NCBI GenBank assembly: GCA_037444665.1
Contig: JBBILZ010000034.1
Coordinates: 1-29,175 of the forward strand
Reading direction: 5' to 3'
Length of the DNA: 29,175 nucleotides
Source: a candidate division WOR-3 bacterium
GTDB lineage: Bacteria; Hydrothermota; Tepidihabitantia; SM23-42; JAOAFX01
Shown here: positions 1 through 9,300 of the stretch, piece after piece
Layout of the letters: each line of letters starts with the position of its first letter
Position numbering within the stretch: the first letter of the stretch is position 1
The notes under the pieces: generated by a model
The model's database searches: none
Told to the model about the DNA's origin: nothing
What the model saw: the letters and a program-made list of their open reading frames with translations, nothing else
Translations under genes and position numbers: made by a program

Positions 1-585
1 ATTTTCTAAGATGCCTAAAATTGGCACAGAAAGTTGGCGCAGAAAATGAACACATTTTCTTGAATCAAGTAGAGCAATATCCTGTGGTGTAGTTACAATG
101 ACTGCGCCGGTCACATTGCGTATCAACTGAATAACGGAAAGTGGCTCATCACCTGTGCCTGGTGGTGAATCAATAATTAAATAATCAAGTCTTCCCCAGT
201 TGATCTCAGCAAGAAATTGTTTTAAAACACCCATCTTTAGTGGACCGCGCCAGATTACTGGTGTATCTGCATTCTGTAGCAAAGAAGCCATTGAAAAGGC
301 AACAAGATTGGAATTTACTGAAAATGGAATAATCCCATTTTCATCCATCAAGGGAGGCTTTCCCTCAAAACCAAGCATCTTTGCCACAGATGGTCCATGA
401 ATATCAGCATCCAGTATGCCAACCTTTGCACCCAATTTACTCAAACCTGCCGCAATGTTTGTTGCTACAAAACTCTTTCCCACTCCGCCCTTATTAGAAA
501 GCACCAAAAATTTGGCAGTAATTTGTGCCATATTTTTTTCTAACAGCATTTCTAATCTTTTAAGTTCTTCTTCTCTATTGTTCAT
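1..585 (-). CDS. mrp: Mrp/NBP35 (ApbC) family Fe-S cluster carrier ATPase, 3' end outside the window
   Basis: Manual translation from ATG at 585 (SD AAGGAG at 590-595): [12 protein letters not shown]...SNKGGVGKS (deviant Walker A), [40 protein letters not shown]. The frame stays open to the window edge, so it is absent from the ORF track. Confidence 0.93.
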   Translation of the reverse strand, partial: MNNREEELKRLEMLLEKNMAQITAKFLVLSNKGGVGKSFVATNIAAGLSKLGAKVGILDADIHGPSVAKMLGFEGKPPLMDENGIIPFSVNSNLVAFSMASLLQNADTPVIWRGPLKMGVLKQFLAEINWGRLDYLIIDSPPGTGDEPLSVIQLIRNVTGAVIVTTPQDIALLDSRKCVHFLRQLSVPILGILEN

Positions 586-639
586 TCTACTCCTTTCAAA
601 TTTTATCAATAATTAAAAATTTTTATCAGGTGAGTCTTA

Positions 640-1059
640 TTATGTATTGTTATTCAAATGAGAATGCTCACATCTTCCTTTTTCTGAATGGTGACATCCA
701 GATTTTTTAATTTCAGAACCTTTTTCTAAACCAGATTCACAGAGACTCTCACCGGCCTTTAATGTTCCATTAAGAAATTTATCTAAAACTTCATCAATGC
801 TTCCGCTGACACCAACAATCGTTTGAATTCCAAATTGGTCAAAAAAACCTTTGGCGCGTGTCCCCATACCACCACAGATTATATACTCAACTCCTTGCTG
901 ACGCAAGAATTGGGGAATAAATCCTGGTTGATGCCCGGGGTTTTCTATTTTTTCTTTCTTTATAATTTTACCTTGTTCTATATCTGCAATGGTGAATGCA
1001 GGGCATCTACCAAAATGTGCCGAGACATAATCACCATCAGTTGATATTGCAATGCGCAT
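640..1059 (-). CDS. NifB/NifX-family (FeMo-cofactor biosynthesis-like / IssA-like) protein with Cys/His-rich tail
   Basis: MRIAIST...VSAHFGRCPAF, ENPGH, IICGGMG motifs; C-terminal CHH...CEHSH; SD AAAGGAGA upstream. Confidence 0.88.
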   Translation of the reverse strand: MRIAISTDGDYVSAHFGRCPAFTIADIEQGKIIKKEKIENPGHQPGFIPQFLRQQGVEYIICGGMGTRAKGFFDQFGIQTIVGVSGSIDEVLDKFLNGTLKAGESLCESGLEKGSEIKKSGCHHSEKGRCEHSHLNNNT

Positions 1060-1073
1060 GATCTCTCCTTTCT

Positions 1074-1095
1074 GTTAATGAAAACCATTTTCATT
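1074..1095. promoter_or_regulatory. Fur-box-like operator 1
   Basis: AATGAAAA-CCA-TTTTCATT is a perfect 8-3-8 palindrome (1077-1095). 1074-1092 matches the classical GATAATGATAATCATTATC at 15/19. It lies just upstream of the SD of the NifX-family gene. Confidence 0.75.
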
Positions 1096-1110
1096 TATTT
1101 AAAAATTTTT

Positions 1111-1587
1111 TTAATTCCCCTTCTGACACTGCTCACAAATTCCATAAAACTGAATTAAATGATTCGTTATCTTGAAATTGAATTTCTTAGAAAGTCCCTT
1201 CTCAGTCTGCTTCAGAAGTTCTATCTCCTGGTCTATAAAGTCCGTATAATCTATTACCCTGCCGCATTTTGTGCAAACAAGATGGTGATGGTGTAATTTA
1301 CCTTTAGGGCCCTCAGCAAGTTCATACCTTGCCCTGCCATCACCAAAGTCGTGCTTGTAGATGAGCCCCATCTGGACGAGTAAATCCAGTGTTCGGTAAA
1401 CAGTGGTTAATCCGATATTAGGACATTTTTTATGAACCGCAAGGAATATATCCTCAGCACTGAGATGCTCAGTAGTTTTGCTTAAGATCTCCAGTATCGC
1501 CTGACGGGCAACAGTAATCCGATAACCGCAGCCTTTAAACCTACCATGCCACCAGGGAGGATAGAAATCAAACCTACCGCGCATCAT
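1111..1587 (-). CDS. fur: Fur family transcriptional regulator (start may be the second ATG at 1584)
   Basis: RITVARQAIL, HLSAEDI, IGLTTVYRTL HTH, HHHHLVCTKC and C-terminal GICEQC zinc-site motifs. Confidence 0.93.
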   Translation of the reverse strand: MMRGRFDFYPPWWHGRFKGCGYRITVARQAILEILSKTTEHLSAEDIFLAVHKKCPNIGLTTVYRTLDLLVQMGLIYKHDFGDGRARYELAEGPKGKLHHHHLVCTKCGRVIDYTDFIDQEIELLKQTEKGLSKKFNFKITNHLIQFYGICEQCQKGN

Positions 1588-1594
1588 ACTCCTT

Positions 1595-1616
1595 TCTGAA
1601 AATGGTTTCCATTATC
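1595..1616. promoter_or_regulatory. Fur-box-like operator 2 (autoregulatory position)
   Basis: Minus strand GATAATGGAAACCATTTTC (1616-1598) is 15/19 to the classical Fur box; 1595-1613 is 16/19 to the reverse complement of operator 1. It lies between the fur -10 and SD. Confidence 0.75.
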
Positions 1617-1622
1617 ATCTAT

Positions 1623-1650
1623 ATTATAATCAAAAAATGAAAAATGTCAA
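1623..1650 (-). promoter_or_regulatory. sigma70-type promoter of the fur operon
   Basis: TTGACA (1650-1645), 16 bp, TATAAT (1628-1623). Confidence 0.75.
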
Positions 1651-1678
1651 GGGGTAAAATGAATTTACTGAAACAGCT

Positions 1679-1763
1679 TGTCACCCTGAACTTGTTTCAG
1701 AATCTCTCCTCCCCTATCACCCTGAGCGAAGCGAAGGGTCTATATTAGATTCTTCACTCCGCT
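1679..1763. repeat. Cluster of degenerate REP-like palindromic units (TCACCCTGA type)
   Basis: TGTCACCCTGAACTTGTTTCAGAATCT (1679-1705), TCACCCTGAGCGAAGCGAAGGGTCT (1717-1741) and a partial inverted partner AGATTCTTCACTCCGCT (1747-1763). Confidence 0.55.
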
Positions 1764-1801
1764 GAAGTTTCCCGTTTTAATTTTTCCTTTAATTGTTGCC
1801 A

Positions 1802-1829
1802 TTGACTTATAAAAGATTATTGATATAAT
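1802..1829 (+). promoter_or_regulatory. sigma70-type promoter upstream of the hsd locus
   Basis: TTGACT (1802-1807), 16 bp, extended -10 TGaTATAAT (1821-1829). Confidence 0.7.
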
Positions 1830-1985
1830 TTGTAATAAAAATTTGCTTGTTCTAATTTTATACGGAAAAGGAATTATGTAAGAAATAATATATATTTGTT
1901 TTTAGTTGCCGGGCTTTCATTATGGACAAAAGGCTGGACAAATGAAAGAAAGAGGTTTTTATAAACCTTTAAGGAGACAAAAGTT

Positions 1986-2054
1986 ATGGTGGATAAGAGA
2001 ATGAATGTAGAATTTATGCAGAAAGAAAAATATCGAGGCAAGGATATTGTATGA
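1986..2054 (+). CDS. Putative 22-aa upstream ORF coupled to hsdM
   Basis: SD AAGGAG at 1971-1976, ATG at 1986, MVDKRMNVEFMQKEKYRGKDIV; the stop overlaps the hsdM start (ATGA). Confidence 0.3.
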   Translation: MVDKRMNVEFMQKEKYRGKDIV

Positions 2055-3580
2055 TAGGGAAAGATATAACCTTTGAAGATAAACTTTGGAAGGCTGCAGA
2101 TAAATTGAGAAAGAAAGTTGAAGTGCATGAGTATAAGTATGTGGTCCTTGGGCTAATATTTTTAAGATATCTCTCATTCGCCTTTGAGGAGAAAAGAAAA
2201 CAAATTCTAAATAAAGAATCAAAAGAATATCCGGCAAAGTTTGCTCCAAAAATTCGTGAGGATAAGGATTTATACCTTGCGAATGGAACATTATATATTC
2301 CTGAATTTGCGGGGTGGGATTATATAAAGAAAAATGCGAATCAAAAAAACATTGGTGAAATTCTGGATGAAGCAATAAATTCTCTTGAAAATGAACACCC
2401 AAAGCAACTTAAGGATGTGATACCAAGGGTTTATACTAAGATCAATCTTGACCACCTTGACCTTGCATATCTGATAAATCTCTTTTCCGATATTCAGTTT
2501 GGAGATGGACACAGGAGTAAGGATATTTTTGGAAGGATTTATGAGTATTTTCTTGATAAATTCACAGTGGAAGAAGGAAAAAAGGGAGGGGAATTTTACA
2601 CCCCAAGATCTTTAACAAAACTTATTGTTGAAATTCTGGATGTCAGAGAGGGAAGAATATTTGACCCTGCATGTGGAAGTGGAGGCTTTTTTGTCTCAGC
2701 AATTGAAAAATTAGAAAAAGAAGGTTTAGATGTTACCAGTCTTTCTATTTATGGACAGGAATCCAAGGATTTTGTATGGAAGATGTGCAAGATGAATCTT
2801 GCAATAAGGGGAACAGAGGGTGATATAAGAATCGGTGATTCCTATCATGATGATAAATTTTTTGATTTGAGAGCAGATTATGTTGTTTCAAATCCCCCTT
2901 TCAATGACAGTGGATGGGGTGCAGATAGAGTAAAACCAGAAGACCCAAGGTTCAAGTATGGAATACCACCTGACAATAATGGAAATTTTGCCTGGATTCA
3001 GCATTATATTCACCACTTAGCACCGAATGGTAAAGCAGGCTTTGTTATGGCAAACGGTGCTCTATCAGCAGGAGGATCAGAAGGAGAAATAAGGAAAAAG
3101 ATTATAGAAGATGACCTCGTTTATGGCATTATAGCAACTCCTGCTAAACTCTTTTATACCGTTTCATTGCCTGCTTCTTTGTGGTTTTTAAGAAAATCAA
3201 AGCCTGAGCATATGAAAGGAAAAGTTCTTTTTATCTATGCCAAAAATATGTTCAAACCTTTATCAAGAAGACAGGTTATTCTTACGGACGAACATATAGC
3301 TAAAATGGTTGAAAAGTTCAGGATGTTTGAAAATGGGGAAAGCGAAGATAAGATAAACGAAGTCGGTTTAGCAAAAGTGGCAACTCTTGAAGAAATTGCA
3401 AAAAACGGATATGTTCTAACGCCTGGAAGATATGTGGGAATAAAACTTGAAGAAGACGATGAACCTTTTGAGGAGAAGATGAAAACATATTCTCAAGAAC
3501 TATCAAATTTTCTTAAAGAAGAAGAGCAACTTACTAAAAAAGTAAAGGATGTTTTCAAAGGATTGGGATGGAATTTGTGA
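2051..3580 (+). CDS. hsdM: Type I R-M methyltransferase subunit (N6-adenine)
   Basis: LWKAADKLR N-terminus, GEFYTP, motif I FDPACGSGG, motif IV NPPF, LTPGRYVG. Confidence 0.97.
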   Translation: MIGKDITFEDKLWKAADKLRKKVEVHEYKYVVLGLIFLRYLSFAFEEKRKQILNKESKEYPAKFAPKIREDKDLYLANGTLYIPEFAGWDYIKKNANQKNIGEILDEAINSLENEHPKQLKDVIPRVYTKINLDHLDLAYLINLFSDIQFGDGHRSKDIFGRIYEYFLDKFTVEEGKKGGEFYTPRSLTKLIVEILDVREGRIFDPACGSGGFFVSAIEKLEKEGLDVTSLSIYGQESKDFVWKMCKMNLAIRGTEGDIRIGDSYHDDKFFDLRADYVVSNPPFNDSGWGADRVKPEDPRFKYGIPPDNNGNFAWIQHYIHHLAPNGKAGFVMANGALSAGGSEGEIRKKIIEDDLVYGIIATPAKLFYTVSLPASLWFLRKSKPEHMKGKVLFIYAKNMFKPLSRRQVILTDEHIAKMVEKFRMFENGESEDKINEVGLAKVATLEEIAKNGYVLTPGRYVGIKLEEDDEPFEEKMKTYSQELSNFLKEEEQLTKKVKDVFKGLGWNL

Positions 3581-4893
3581 AAAAGATAGAAAAGGATGAC
3601 ATAGAATATAAAGAAAATTTTGGAGATGCAGTTTTAAAGGCTTTATGTGGATTTGCGAATACTAATGGCGGAGAAGTTATTGTTGGTGTATCTGATAAAG
3701 GTGAAGTAAAAGGAGTTAAGATTACAAATGAAAAACTTACCAAAATAACTGAAATTATAGCCAATAGATTGGGCATACATCCTGAAATTAAAGTTGAACA
3801 TTACAAAAGAAAGGAAGTTTTGAAAGTAAAGGTAGATAGGTCGAATGTGCCAATTTCCTTTAATGGAAAATATTATGAAAGAATCGGTAATACAACACGA
3901 GAAATGAAGCCAGAGAAATTAAAAAAATTTTTTCTAAGAGGAGTAAATTGGGATTTTTTGATAAATGAAAGTGCAGATTTTAAAGAAATAGACAAAGGAA
4001 CTGTAGAAAAATTTTTAAGACTAACAAAAAGTAAAGGCAGATTAACAATTTTTGATGAAGATACCGAAGCAAAAAAATTTTTTGAGCATTTAAAATTATC
4101 AATCGATGGGAAGATTAATAATGCAGCAATAATCCTATTTGGCAGAAATCCTCAAAAATACTTTCCCAATGCTGTTCTTAGAGTTGTAAAATTAAAAAAT
4201 GAAACAACTATTATTGGAGATAAGTTAATTGAAGGAAATCTTTTTGAACAGGTTTTTAAGGCTGAAGAGGCAATAAAAAGTTTCATCAATGTGAGATATG
4301 AAATAAAGAATCTTGTTAGAGAAGAGGTCTGGGAGTATCCCTTAGAGGCAATAAGAGAAGCACTTATAAATTCCATTATCCACAGAGATTATTTTAGATA
4401 TAATGTTCAGACACAAATCAAAATTTTTGATGATTATATTTGGTTTTTCAATATTGGGGACCTTCCTGAAGGCATTACACTTGAACAGTTAAAAAAACCT
4501 CACCCATCTGTTCCTCGTAATCCTTTAATTGTTCATATCTTTTATCTTGCAGGTTTGATTGAAGAAGTTGGTTCGGGTATAGGAAGAATAATGACTTCAA
4601 TGAACTTAGCCGGGCTTCCTGAACCTGATTTCAAAGAGGAAATGGGAGGTTTTTCTGTATATTTTAGAAAAGATATATACACTGAAGAGTACTTAAAAAG
4701 GCTTGGATTGAACGAAAGGCAAATTAAGGCGGTGATGTATGTGAAGGAAAAGGGAAAGATTACGAATAAAGAGTACAGAGAATTGAATGGATTATCAGAT
4801 GAAGGCGCCAGAATTGACCTAACTGCTCTTGTTGAAAAGAATGTCTTAAAAATGAAGGGTAGTGGCAGAGGTGCACACTATGTTATTAAATAA
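3568..4893 (+). CDS. Schlafen/AlbA_2 domain + HATPase_c_4 (RecG-like C-terminal) + winged HTH protein; start may be GTG 3577
   Basis: N-terminal EKDDIEYKE...ALCGFANTNGGEVIVGVSD (AlbA_2); YPLEAIREALINSIIHRDY, PRNPLI, EEVGSGIGR (HATPase_c_4); LNERQ...ITNKEY...DL..LV...G.GRG.HY (wHTH). Confidence 0.9.
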   Translation: MEFVKKIEKDDIEYKENFGDAVLKALCGFANTNGGEVIVGVSDKGEVKGVKITNEKLTKITEIIANRLGIHPEIKVEHYKRKEVLKVKVDRSNVPISFNGKYYERIGNTTREMKPEKLKKFFLRGVNWDFLINESADFKEIDKGTVEKFLRLTKSKGRLTIFDEDTEAKKFFEHLKLSIDGKINNAAIILFGRNPQKYFPNAVLRVVKLKNETTIIGDKLIEGNLFEQVFKAEEAIKSFINVRYEIKNLVREEVWEYPLEAIREALINSIIHRDYFRYNVQTQIKIFDDYIWFFNIGDLPEGITLEQLKKPHPSVPRNPLIVHIFYLAGLIEEVGSGIGRIMTSMNLAGLPEPDFKEEMGGFSVYFRKDIYTEEYLKRLGLNERQIKAVMYVKEKGKITNKEYRELNGLSDEGARIDLTALVEKNVLKMKGSGRGAHYVIK

Positions 4894-4946
4894 TTTGGCG
4901 ATTATTTGGCATTTACTTGGCGATTATGGCGATTACTTGGCAATTT
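4894..4946 (+). repeat. Five-unit 11-bp tandem repeat (YTTGGCGATTA)
   Basis: TTTGGCGATTA / TTTGGCATTTA / CTTGGCGATTA / TGGCGATTA / CTTGGCAATTT, starting immediately after the Schlafen gene stop. Confidence 0.85.
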
Positions 4947-4986
4947 GATAGTCAGATATCTAAATCGAATAAAAAGATAGAAGTAA

Positions 4987-5043
4987 GAGTAAATTATAAA
5001 AAATGTAAAGGAAGTTTTTAAAGTGTTGGAATTTGAGAGGTAA
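4987..5043 (+). pseudogene. Decayed duplicate of an hsdM 3' end
   Basis: 4987-5031 aligns without gaps to 3524-3568 at 35/45 nt. It reads E*IIKNVKEVFKVLEFER* versus the hsdM end EQLTKKVKDVFKGLGWNL*. Confidence 0.6.
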
Positions 5044-5047
5044 GAAG

Positions 5048-6319
5048 ATGCCAATAAAACTCAGGTGGGAAACAGAATTTAAAGAAAGGGAGATTGGGGA
5101 GATACCGAGGTATTGGGAAGTTGAGAAACTGGATTATGCTGTCAAAGATTTAGAGAGTGGAAATAGGCCAAAGGGTGGCTCTCTTAAACACGACCCAGAT
5201 GGAATTTTGAGTATAGGCGGTGAAAATATTACATGGGAAGGAGATTTGGTTTTAGATAATTGTTTAAGATTTTCTGAGAGTTTTTACAATTCATTAGAAA
5301 GAGGTAAGATTAAAGAAAAAGATATTCTGCTTGTAAAGGATGGAGCTACAATTGGTAAGTTGGCTTTTATAAAAAATGTTCCAGAAGGTAAGGCAATGGT
5401 AAATGAGCATGTTTTTTTGATAAGACCTGATGAGGCGAAATATAATTCCCGATTTCTTTTTTACTTCCTATCTTCAGAAGCAGGACAAAGGCAAATTGAA
5501 AGTTCAATTGGTGGGAGTGCACAAGGAGGTTTAAATAAAAGTATTTTGACCACTGTGAAAATTCCAAAACTTAACTTGTCCGAACAATCCCGCATTGCCA
5601 CGGTTTTATCCTGGTTTGATGATTTTATAGAGAACAAGAAAAGGCAGAATGAGATTTTAGAGAAAACCGCAATAGCAATTTTCAAAAGCTGGTTTGTTGA
5701 CTTTGAGCCTTTCAAGAATGAAGAGTTTGTTTATAACGAAGAGCTTGGAAAGGAGATACCGAAGGGCTGGGAGGTTGGGAAGTTAAGTAACATATGCGAA
5801 ATCATAATGGGTCAGTCCCCACCCTCAAGATATTACAATGAGGATGCAGAAGGTTTGCCCTTCATTCAAGGGAAGGGTCAATTTGGTAGACATACACCAA
5901 ACACTAACATTTACTGCTCAAAGGTAGTTAAGTTAGCAAAACCAAACGATATTTTAGTAACAGTCAGAGCGCCAGTTGGAGAACTAAACATATCAGATGA
6001 TGAATATATCATAGGAAGAGGCCTTGCTGCTCTGCGCTCTAAGCATTGGAGTTTTTTATATTTGTATTTACTTACAAACAATGAACTTTTAAAAGCAACG
6101 GAGAGAGGAACGACTTTTGATGCGATAATTAAATTGGAATTAGATAATTTTCCTTTATTGTTGCCTCCTCCTCCCATCCTCCAGCGCTTCCACTCCCTCG
6201 TAGAACCACTCTTTCAAAAAATTATCCTCAACCAAAAACAAATCATGCTTTTGCGAAAAGTAAGGGCTGAATTACTGCCAAAACTTGTTTTCGGAAAAAT
6301 AAGGATTGTTGAGATATGA
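5048..6319 (+). CDS. hsdS: Type I R-M specificity subunit (two TRDs)
   Basis: GEIPRYWEV / KEIPKGWEV conserved repeats, EQSRIA coiled segment, LLPKL terminus. ATG 5048 follows GAGAGG and is preferred over the TTG at 5033. Confidence 0.95.
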   Translation: MPIKLRWETEFKEREIGEIPRYWEVEKLDYAVKDLESGNRPKGGSLKHDPDGILSIGGENITWEGDLVLDNCLRFSESFYNSLERGKIKEKDILLVKDGATIGKLAFIKNVPEGKAMVNEHVFLIRPDEAKYNSRFLFYFLSSEAGQRQIESSIGGSAQGGLNKSILTTVKIPKLNLSEQSRIATVLSWFDDFIENKKRQNEILEKTAIAIFKSWFVDFEPFKNEEFVYNEELGKEIPKGWEVGKLSNICEIIMGQSPPSRYYNEDAEGLPFIQGKGQFGRHTPNTNIYCSKVVKLAKPNDILVTVRAPVGELNISDDEYIIGRGLAALRSKHWSFLYLYLLTNNELLKATERGTTFDAIIKLELDNFPLLLPPPPILQRFHSLVEPLFQKIILNQKQIMLLRKVRAELLPKLVFGKIRIVEI

Positions 6320-9300
6320 GAGCACAGCTTACCGAAGATTATATGGTAGAACAACCAGCTATAAACTGGTTTAAGGAATTGGGATATTCTTACATCCACG
6401 GTTCAGAATTAAGTCCTGAAAATGAAAAAAGAGAATCATACAGACATGTCGTCTTAAAGAGAAGATTTATCCAAGCAATAAAAAGAATCAATCCCTGGCT
6501 TACGGACAGATTAGCCGAAGAGGTTTATAAAAAGATTATTGAACTTGAACATCCCGATTTTGTAATGAAAGGGAAGATATTCTATGAGCTTTTAGTCAAT
6601 GGTGTTAGGCTAACATTTAGAGATGGAAAAGAGGAAAAAACGAGGATTGTAAAAATTGCGGATTTTGATAATCCTGAAATCAACGAATTTTTGGTGGCGA
6701 ATCAGTTTACTGTTGAATATCAGTTTGAAAAAGATATGTTCAGAAGACCTGACCTTGTAGTTTTTATAAATGGTATGCCAATTGCCATCTTTGAATTTAA
6801 AAATTTTAATGCAGATGAAACAGCAAAGGATGCCTTTTATGACCATAAAGTGAAGATAAAAGGCATTCCCCAACTTTATGTTTATGCGCAGGTTAGTGTA
6901 GCAAGCGATGGTTTTGAGACAAAGTATGGTGCACCAACAAGCGATTGGGAAAAGTTCTTTGTGTGGGAAGGACTTTTGAGCGATGACGACCTGGAAGTTC
7001 AGGAGATTGAAGAAGGACTCTATCGGTATTTCTATAAAGGGCAGGAGCTCACATCCCTTGAGGTTTTAATAAGAGGACTTTTCAGGAAAGAACATTTTCT
7101 TGAATTTTTACAGGATTTTATCTTTTATGACAGAATTGGAGAAACCTATGAGAAAAAGATAGCTATTTTCCACCAATTCTATACTGTTAAAAAGGCAACA
7201 GAAAGAACTAAAAAATGTATTCTTGAGGGAAAAGGACCAGAAGAAAGAAGAATTGGGGTTGTATGGCATACTCAGGGAACTGGTAAATCCTTAACAATGC
7301 TCTTTTATGCAAGAAAGATTTTGAAACTAAAAGAACTTGAAAATCCTCTTATTTTTTTTATAACAGATAGAAGAAATCTGGATGAGCAACTCCATAGTCT
7401 GTTTTCCCAGATGCCCGTTGTTAAGCATGCAGAAAGTATAAAGGAACTTCAAGAAATCATAAAAACAACTGCGGGAGGAATAGTATTTACTACCATTCAG
7501 AAGTTTGGAAAGAAAAAGACAGTAGAATATCCATTTTTAACAGATAGAAAAAACATAATTATAATTGCAGATGAGGCACACCGAAGCCAGTATAGAGCAC
7601 TTGCTCAGAATTTGAGAATAGCAATCCCCAACGCATCTTTTATGGGATTTACCGCAACGCCAATTGAACTTCAGGATAGAGACACATATCTTGTCTTTGG
7701 AGAGCCAATAAGTGTTTATTCTATGGATAAGGCAAGAAGGCATAAAGTTGTTGTTCCAATCTATTATGAGGCAAGGCTTTCTGAACTTCATCTTACAAAC
7801 GAATTTATTGATGAAGAATTTGAAGAAATATCCGAATTTATGGAACCTGAAGAAAAAGAAGTTTTAAAGAAAAAATATGCACGACTTGAAGAACTTATTT
7901 TAAATCCTGAAAGACTTAAAAAGATAGCCGAGGATATAGTTGAACACTTTAATAAAAGAAGAGAAGAGATTGAAGGTAAGGCGATTGTTGTGACGATTTC
8001 CAGAAAGGTTGCGGTTAGGTTATACGAAGAGATAATAAAGCGTCCAGCTGCTCCCTCAGTTGCGGTTGTCATTTCAGGAAGCAGGTCTTCTGACCCCGAA
8101 GAATTCTGGAAACATTTAAAAAACAAACACGAACTGGAAGAACTTTTAAACAACTTCAAAAATTTAGAAAGAGACCCAAAAATGGTCATAGTAGTTGATA
8201 TGCTCCTTACAGGATTTGACATCCCCTGCCTTCACACAATGTATTTTGATAAACCTATGAAGGACCATTCCTTAGTTCAGGCTATTGCAAGGGTAAATAG
8301 GGTCTTTAAGGATAAACCTGGTGGATTGATTGTTGATTACATAGGGATTGCAGACAATCTCAAAAAATCCTTGAGCCGATACACAATTGAAACTATAAAA
8401 GATGTCCTCACCGACATAAATAGAGTTATTAATCTCCTTAAAGAAAAATATGATATTGTTTCATCAATTTTCTTTGGAATAGATTATAAAAAATGGCGTA
8501 ATCTCTCTCCTGAGGAAATTTCAAAATTAACGACCGAAGCATATAACAGGATAAGTAATGAAGAGAACAAAAAGAATTTTATAAAAAATTTTCTTGCCTT
8601 AAGAAAACTCTACGCACTGGCAAGTCCACATCCAGAGACCATCAAGATAAAGGATGATATTAGGTTTTTTGAGATGATAAAAAAGATGATTATAAAATAT
8701 TCCACTCTGAGGATAAGGGATATTTCAAGGAATATGGAATATGAGATAAGCCAGCTTATCTCAAAGAGCATTTCTGCAGAAGAGCCAATAGACATTTTTT
8801 CATTACTTGAAAATGGAAAGCCGGAAATTTCTCTACTGGATGATAAATTTCTCTCCCAATTTAAAGATATGGTGTATAAAAATTATGCTACTGATTTACT
8901 TGCAAAAATAATAAACGATGAAATAAAAGCGAGGATGAAAAAAAATCCCTTCAGGTATCGCTCTTTATATGAAATGCTCAAAAATTTGATAGAAAATTAT
9001 AATGTAAGGCTGATAACAACCGCAGAGGTTATAGATGAACTCATAGAAATAGCAAAGGAAATAATGGGAAAACAGCAAGAGGGTGAAAGACTTGATTTAA
9101 GTGAAGAAGAACTGGCATTTTATGATATGCTGGCTTCTGAAGAGAAAGTTTTTGAAAACTATGATGAGATAAAAGAAGTTGCTAAAGCTGTTGTCAAAGA
9201 GCTTGGATATTATGCCAAAGTTGCGGACTGGAACAAAAAAGAGCAATTGAGAGCAAAAATAAAGATGGCAGTAAAAAATCTATTAATTAAGGTAATAGAT

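Noticed and set aside
200..616. Plus-strand 66-aa ORFs 200..400 and 416..616
   Set aside because: Antisense shadows of the mrp gene.
640..1059. Evidence for nitrogen fixation
   Set aside because: Stand-alone NifB/NifX-family proteins are common in non-diazotrophs, and no nifHDK is present.
4894..4946. Possible mini-CRISPR
   Set aside because: Units are 11 bp and contiguous with no spacers; no cas genes in the window.
5096..5785. Repeated GGAGATACCGA..G..TGGGA sequence in hsdS as a shufflon site
   Set aside because: Direct repeats reflecting normal HsdS conserved regions; no inverted silent hsdS or recombinase nearby.
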